Position numbers and translations under genes: made by a program
NCBI GenBank assembly: GCA_009914755.4
Contig: CP068257.2
Span: 39,200,001 to 39,264,000 of the forward strand
DNA length: 64,000 nucleotides
From: the human T2T-CHM13v2.0 reference genome, Homo sapiens
Direction: 5' to 3'
Notes under the pieces: generated by a model
The model's input: only the letters and a program-made list of their open reading frames with translations
Told to the model about the DNA's origin: nothing
Database searches by the model: none
Shown here: piece after piece, positions 59,446-64,000 of the stretch
Layout: every line of letters begins with the position of its first letter
How positions within the stretch are numbered: the stretch's first letter is position 1

Positions 59446-61520
59446 AAAATAGGAAAGAGTGACACATACACAGAAAATAAAAAATACAAACCAGGCAACA
59501 GAAAGTACCTTTAAGAGACTCAAATTTTGGACTTAGATGAAAACATCAAAGATTCTCTTATAAATATTTCCAAAGAGCTAAAGAAGCCATGCTTTAAAAC
59601 AGTAAAGGTCTATATGTTTACAATGTCTCATCACATAGAGAATATCGACAGAGATATAAATTGCTGAAACAAACCAAATGAAATTTCTAGAGTTGAAAAT
59701 TACACTAACCAAAATGAAAAATTAACTAGAGGGGCTCAAAAGTCAATATGAGCTAGTAGAAGAAAGAATCAGCAAACTTGAAGATAGGTGGATAGAGATG
59801 ATGCAATTGGAAGAACAGAAAAAAAGAATAAAGAAAAATTCACAGTCTTAGCAAATGTGGGGAACCATCAAACACTTCAAGCAGTGAAGTGCAATGAGCA
59901 TATCAAACCAGCAGAGAGAGAAAAGAGTACAAAAAAAATTTTAAAGAAATAATGGCTAAAAACAGACCAAATATAATAAAACTTTTTATCTACAAATCCA
60001 AATATCTCAATAAATTCTAAGTCAGATAAATGTAAGAGATCCAAACCCAGATACATTATAGACAAAATGTTGAGTGCCAAAGACAAAGAAAAATCTTAAA
60101 AGCAGCAAGACTAAAACAACTTGACACATACAAGAAAACTGCAATAATTTCAACAGCTGACTTTCATCAGAATTAATGGAGGCTAAAGCAGTGGATGACA
60201 TTAAAAATGCTAAAAGAAAAAGAGAGAACCAATAATTTTATATTCAGCAAGACAATCTTTCTAATGTGAAAGCAAAAAAGGCAGAGAATTTATAGCACGC
60301 AGACCTGTCTTATTAGCAATACCAAAGAAATATCTTCAAACAGAATGTAAGTGACAGGAGAGTAATTCAAATTTATGAGACAAAAAACGTAATATATAGT
60401 TATTGGTAATATATGCCAATAAAGGTAATTATATAGTTGAGTTAATTGTAAAAGATAGTATAATTGCATATTTCTTTTCCTTTCTTCTCTCAGTTGATTT
60501 AAAAGACAAGTGCATAAGATAATATGTATGGAATTATATTATTGGGCCCATAACTTACAAAATTGTAATATATTTGACAATAATAGCACAAAGGAGGCAG
60601 GTGGAAGCAAAATTATATCAGAGAAAGAAAATAACACAAGTTGGCAACTAAAATCCACAGGAAGAAATAAAGAGAAACAGAAATGTAAACTAAGAAACAA
60701 ACATTTATTATTATAACATGTAACAAACATTATAAATATATTAAAAAGAGAATGAAGGAATGGAGTTATGTAAGAATAATGTTTCTATATTTCACTTGAA
60801 TTAAGTTAGCATAAATCTAAAGTAGAATCTGATAAGTTAATATGTATATTGTAAATCCCAGAGAAACCAGTAAAAAAGAAAACTGGAAAATATATAGTAA
60901 AAAACTCAGTAAAGAAATCAAAATGCTGCATTAGAAAATATTCACTTAATGCAAAATAAAGTAGTAAATGAGAAACAGAGAAACAGAAAATACGTGTGAC
61001 ATATTTTTTAAAAAAAGTAAAATAATAGACAAATCCAAACATATCAATAATAACATTAAATGTGGATGAATTAAGCTACCTGACCAAAGGCAAAGATTGT
61101 CAGACTGGACAAAATAAAAACAAGATCCAACTATATTATATCTACAAAAGACACCCTTTAAATTCAAAGATATACATAGGTTTAAAGTAAGAGGATAAAA
61201 AATTGTATATAGCAATAAAAGACTTGGAGTAGCTACATAAATATCAGATGACATAAACTTTAAAACAAACATAATTATAGAGATAAAGAAGGAAATTTTA
61301 TAATGACAAAAACAAATTTGTCAAGAATACATAGCAATTATAAACATATATACACCAAACAACAGAGTCCCCAAAATAGGTAAAGCACACCTGACAATGC
61401 AAAAATAATTGTTTCATATCTCACTTTCAATAATAAATACAAAAACTAGGCAAAGAGTCAACAAAGATATAGAGGACTTGAATAATGCCATAAACAACCA
61501 GACCTAACAGACATCTACAG

Positions 61521-62056
61521 CAGCAATCTTCAACCTTTCTGGCACCAGGGACCAGTCTAATGGAAGACAATTTTTCCACAGGCGGGGGTGGAGGGTCGGC
61601 AGGGGCTGGTTTCAGGATGATTCATGTGCATTATATTTATTGTACACTTTATTTCTATTATTATTACATTGTACTATATAATAAGATAATTATACAACTC
61701 ATCATAATGTAGAATCAGTGGGAGCCCTGAGCTTGTTTTCCTGCAACTAGATGGTCCCATTTGAGGGTGATTGGAGACAGTGACAGAACATCAGGCATTA
61801 GATTCTCTCATAAGAAGCACACAACCTAGATCCCTCACATGCATAGTTCACCATAGGGTTTGTGCTCCTGTGAGAATATAATGCTGCTGCTGATCTGATA
61901 GGGAACGGAGCTCAGGCAGTAATGTGAGTGATGGGGATTGGCTGTAAATACAGATGAAGTTCGCTAGCTTGCCTGCTGCTAACCTCCTGTTGTGTGGCCT
62001 TGTTCCTAATAGGCCATGGACTGGTACCAAACCATGGCCCAGGGTTTGGGACCTCT
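61521..62056. mobile_element. Nonautonomous hAT-like DNA transposon with imperfect terminal inverted repeats and an 8-bp TSD (atctacag / atctatag), nested in the L1M ORF2
   Basis: The termini are cagcaatcttcaacc... and ...ggtttgggacctctg, which are inverted-repeat-like (CAGnnnTCnnAACC). There is internal palindromic structure (gatcatcaggcattagattctctcataagaagc / gctcctgtgagaatataatgctgctgctgatctgat). Host L1 ORF2 sequence (..cagacctaacagacatctacag | ... | cacttcaaccaataagagcaaaacgcacattcttctcaagcacacatggaacattctcc) is continuous across the insertion. Confidence 0.6.
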
Positions 62057-62884
62057 GATCTATAGAGCACTTCAACCAATAAGAGCAAAACGCACATTCT
62101 TCTCAAGCACACATGGAACATTCTCCACATAGACCATATATTGAACCACAAAAAAAGCCCAAAGAAATTTAAAAGAATTGAACTCATACTAACGTTTTCA
62201 CTGACCATAGTGAAATAAATTAGAAATCAATAACAATATAAAATTTGTGAAAGTCGTAAAATTTGGAAATTAAACAACATGCTCCTAAATAACTAATATG
62301 TCAAAGAACAAACCAAAGGAATATCAGAAAATATTTTGAGATGAATGTAAATGAAGACATAACACCAAAATGTATGTGATGCAGATTAAGCAGTGACAGA
62401 GGGAATTTTTAAACTGCAATTGCCTTTATTAAAAAATAAGATCTAAATTCAGTAACTTAACCTACCACGTGAAGACACTAGGGAAGAAAAACAAAAAGCA
62501 AATTAAACCTAAAGCAAGTAGATGAAATAAAATAATAAATATTAGAGATGAAATTAAGGATAGAAAAACAATGGAAAGTCAATAAAATGAAAAGTTGTTT
62601 CTTTGAAAAGATTAACAAAATTGAGAAACCTTTATTTAGCTTGACTAAGAAAAAGGAGGATTCAAATTACTGAAGTTAGGAAAGAATCAGGAAATATTGT
62701 TAGTCTACTAAAATAGATAAGGAAGTACTATGAGAAATTATATGGAAATAAATTATATAATTTAGATGAAATGGACAAATTGCTAGAAAAGAACAAATTT
62801 CTGGAACCAGGTAAAAAAGAAGTAGAAAATCTGACTAGACATATAGTAAGTAAGAAGATTGGATTAGTTATCAAGAAACTACCC

Positions 62885-63577
62885 ACATACAGTGTGGTGA
62901 TTCCTCAAGGATCTAAAACTAGAAATACCATTTGACCCAGCAATCCCATTACTGGGTATATACCCAAAGGATTATAAATCATTCTACTATAAAGAAATGT
63001 GCACACGTATGTTTATTGCAGCACTATTTACAATAGCAAAGACTTGGAACCAGCCCAAATGCCCATCAATGATAGACTAGATAAAGAAAATGTGGTACAT
63101 ATATACCATGGAATACTGTGCAGCCATAAAAAAGAATGAGTTCATGTCCTTTGCAGGGACATGGATGAAGCTGGAAACCATCATTCTCAGCAAACTAACA
63201 CAGGAACAGAAAACCAAACATTGCATGTTCTCACTCATAAGTGGCAGCTGAACATTGAGAACACATGGACACAGGAGGGGAACATCACACACTGGGCACT
63301 GTCGGGAGGTGGGGGAAAGGCAAAAGGGGAAAGGGAAGGGAGAGCATTAGGACAAATACCTAATGCATGTGGAGCTTAAAACCTAAATGACAGGTTGATA
63401 GGTGCAGCAAACCACCATGGCACATGTATATCTATGTAACAAACCTGCACCGTCAGCGCATGTATCCCAGAACTTAAAGTAAAATAAAAAATAAAATATA
63501 TAAAAAATAATTACTTCCAGTTCCATAGTAATCACACTAATTAGAATTTTCCAGGCAGAAAAAAAAAAAAAAAAAAG
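62885..63577 (+). mobile_element. Younger L1 (L1PA-type) 3'-end fragment with poly-A, nested in the L1M; TSD about aagaaactaccc
   Basis: agtgtggtgattcctcaaggatctaaaactagaaataccatttgacccagcaatcccattactgggtatatacccaaaggattataaatcattctactataaagaaatgtgcacacgtatgtttattgcagcactatttacaatagcaaagacttggaaccagcccaaatgcccatcaatgatagactagataaagaaaatgtggtacatatataccatggaatactgtgcagccataaaaaagaatgagttcatgtcc ... aaaaaaaaaaaaaaaaa. The repeat aagaaactaccc flanks both ends. Confidence 0.85.
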
Positions 63578-64000
63578 AAACTACCCTCAAAAATTGCCCA
63601 GGCACTGATACTGATGGCCTTATTGGTTAATTCTACCAAACAGTTGAAAAACCAGTAAGGCCAATTCTTCATAAACCCTTCTAAAAATTAGAAGAGGAGG
63701 GATTGTTTCCCAACTCATTCCACAGGCCAGTATTAACCCAATACCAAAACTAGACAAAGATATCACAAGAAAATTACAGACAGAATCTGTAGTGGATGAA
63801 TTTCATCATATGCCTTATAAAAGTAGATTTAAAATACTAGAAACCCAATTCAGCAATACACAAAAGAATTGTACATCATGACCAAATAGCACTTATCCTG
63901 GGAATGCAAGGTTGTTTAGCATCTGAAAAATCAATGCTTACAACACGTATTAATACAATAAAGAATACGATTTTTGAGATCATTTCAATAGATGTGGACA

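Larger units (their letters stand above)
59450..64000 (+). mobile_element. Ancient L1M-type LINE-1 (decayed ORF1 through ORF2), extending past the window end and carrying two nested insertions
   Basis: ORF1-like: ...tatgagctagtagaagaaagaatcagcaaacttgaagataggtggatagagatgatgcaattggaagaacagaaaaaaagaataaagaaaaattcacagtcttagcaaatgtgg and ...caaagacaaagaaaaatcttaaaagcagcaagactaaaacaacttgacacatacaagaaaactgcaataatttcaacagctgactttcatcag. ORF2 endonuclease-like: atgtggatgaattaagctacctgaccaaaggcaaagattgtcagactggacaaaataaaaacaagatccaactatattatatctacaaaagacaccctttaaattcaaagatatacataggtttaaagtaagaggataaaaaattgtatatagc. ORF2 RT-like: ...ttctaccaaacagttgaaaaaccagtaaggccaattcttcataaacccttctaaaaattagaagaggagggattgtttcccaactcattc... 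Stops and frameshifts occur throughout. Confidence 0.7.

Overview
This window is human (or very closely related primate) nuclear DNA, not a prokaryotic or phage locus. About half of it is recognisable interspersed repeat. There are 15 Alu elements, one of which (6268-6582) carries the AluYb8-diagnostic duplication with a perfect 15-bp TSD, which points to Homo sapiens. There are at least five L1 pieces. Two of them show the twin-priming 5'-inversion architecture. One large, ancient L1M-type element (about 59450 to the window end) carries two nested insertions, a hAT-like DNA transposon and a younger L1 3' fragment. There are MaLR LTRs (a THE1/MST-type and an MLT1-type), several MIRs, and many microsatellites or low-complexity tracts. 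I found no convincing protein-coding gene. Every long ORF in the supplied track is explained by GC-rich stop-poor DNA, Alu or L1 antisense, or decayed L1 ORF2. The non-repeat content that looks functional is regulatory. There are two CpG islands about 5 kb apart (about 29890-30780 and about 34960-35720). Around them lie repeat-free, ORF-free blocks rich in TAAT/ATTA motifs that look like developmental-gene conserved noncoding elements. No CRISPR array, operon, defence island or other bacterial-type system is present, and that framing does not apply to this sequence. I cannot name the locus without a database search. Coordinates for repeats are hand-counted and may be off by a few bases.
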